Below are positions 63,754-64,000 of a DNA stretch of 64,000 nt, piece by piece (the first letter of the stretch is position 1; each line of letters starts with the position of its first letter). Source of the DNA: an uncultured bacterium (GTDB taxonomy: Bacteria > Bacillota > Clostridia > Oscillospirales > Ruminococcaceae); assembly GCA_905214265.1 (NCBI GenBank), contig CAJMLQ010000002.1, positions 8,182 to 72,181 on the forward strand. The letters are read 5' to 3'. Both the position numbers and the translations under genes were made by a program. Under the pieces are notes generated by a model, which was not told the DNA's origin, did no database searches, and saw only the letters and a program-made list of their open reading frames with translations.

Positions 63754-64000
63754 TCAGAAGAACCGCCCGATGACCTCGGCGGCTTTGGAGAACACTTTTC
63801 CGATGGCTTCGGAAATGCCGAATTTCTGGTCCACCGCGTAGGCAATGTCAAAGGCGATGTCGCTGGTGCGGATGAACTCGTCCGGGTCGTTGACCACACA
63901 GGCTGCCCGGGCCTTCAGGGTCCACTGAGCGGGGAGGCCCAGAAAAGCCGGATTGATGATGGGCTTGATGGACTGTGAGGCAACGGCCTGCAGTTCCCGG
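63754..64000 (-). CDS. 3' end of an upstream gene running off the window (81 codons plus stop)
   Basis: Open minus-strand frame from the window edge to TGA at 63754-63756: ...AFLGLPAQWTLKARAACVVNDPDEFIRTSDIAFDIAYAVDQKFGISEAIGKVFSKAAEVIGRFF*. It is absent from the track because no start lies in the window. Confidence 0.5.
   Translation of the reverse strand, partial: RELQAVASQSIKPIINPAFLGLPAQWTLKARAACVVNDPDEFIRTSDIAFDIAYAVDQKFGISEAIGKVFSKAAEVIGRFF

Noticed and set aside
1-64000. Scan for tRNA/rRNA genes, CRISPR arrays, transposases, integrases, phage or defence-system genes
   Set aside because: No tRNA-like T-arm or anticodon structures appear in the intergenic regions. There are no arrays of identical repeats. 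No ORF carries DDE, tyrosine/serine recombinase, nuclease-helicase or toxin-antitoxin signatures visible by eye. A proper tRNAscan or HMM run could still find something small.

Overview
This is a 64-kb chromosomal window with Clostridia-like gene content (Firmicutes). I saw no rRNA, tRNA, CRISPR array, transposase, integrase or phage gene. All calls rest on motif recognition in the supplied ORF track and on my own reading of the DNA. No database search or computation was run.

Layout, left to right:
- **1-8 kb:** a visibly lower-G+C stretch. It holds a GNAT gene, an AraC/GyrI regulator, a decayed ABC ATPase, small membrane proteins, an ABC-2 exporter and gene debris.
- **8-15 kb:** a frameshifted membrane AraC sensor regulator, divergent from a CUT1 sugar ABC operon that ends in a cytoplasmic M14 carboxypeptidase.
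- **15.3-19.9 kb:** a lactate-utilisation cluster, LarA-type racemase, FAD lactate dehydrogenase, EtfB and EtfA.
- **20.2-36.4 kb:** a catabolic island. Four tandem Gfo/Idh/MocA oxidoreductases, a glycyl-radical-enzyme (GRE) activase and an atypical GRE face an AraC regulator, an FAD oxidoreductase, a second CUT1 uptake system and an intact AraC sensor.
- **36.5-46.8 kb:** an amidohydrolase, a GH38 alpha-mannosidase and a four-gene SDR / MBL / RraA-like / enolase-superfamily operon that looks like a non-phosphorylative sugar-acid route. An AraC regulator and a hypothetical gene follow.
- **46.9-50.2 kb:** BlaI/BlaR1-like pair, a small membrane protein and GluQRS.
- **50.3-64 kb:** one tightly packed minus-strand array. 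It joins Tad-type pseudopilin genes and a prepilin peptidase to WG-repeat, FHA, Hanks kinase, LRR, vWA and zinc-ribbon proteins.

The two best candidates for undescribed biology are the GRE/Gfo-Idh-MocA island and the kinase/FHA-linked Tad-like array.
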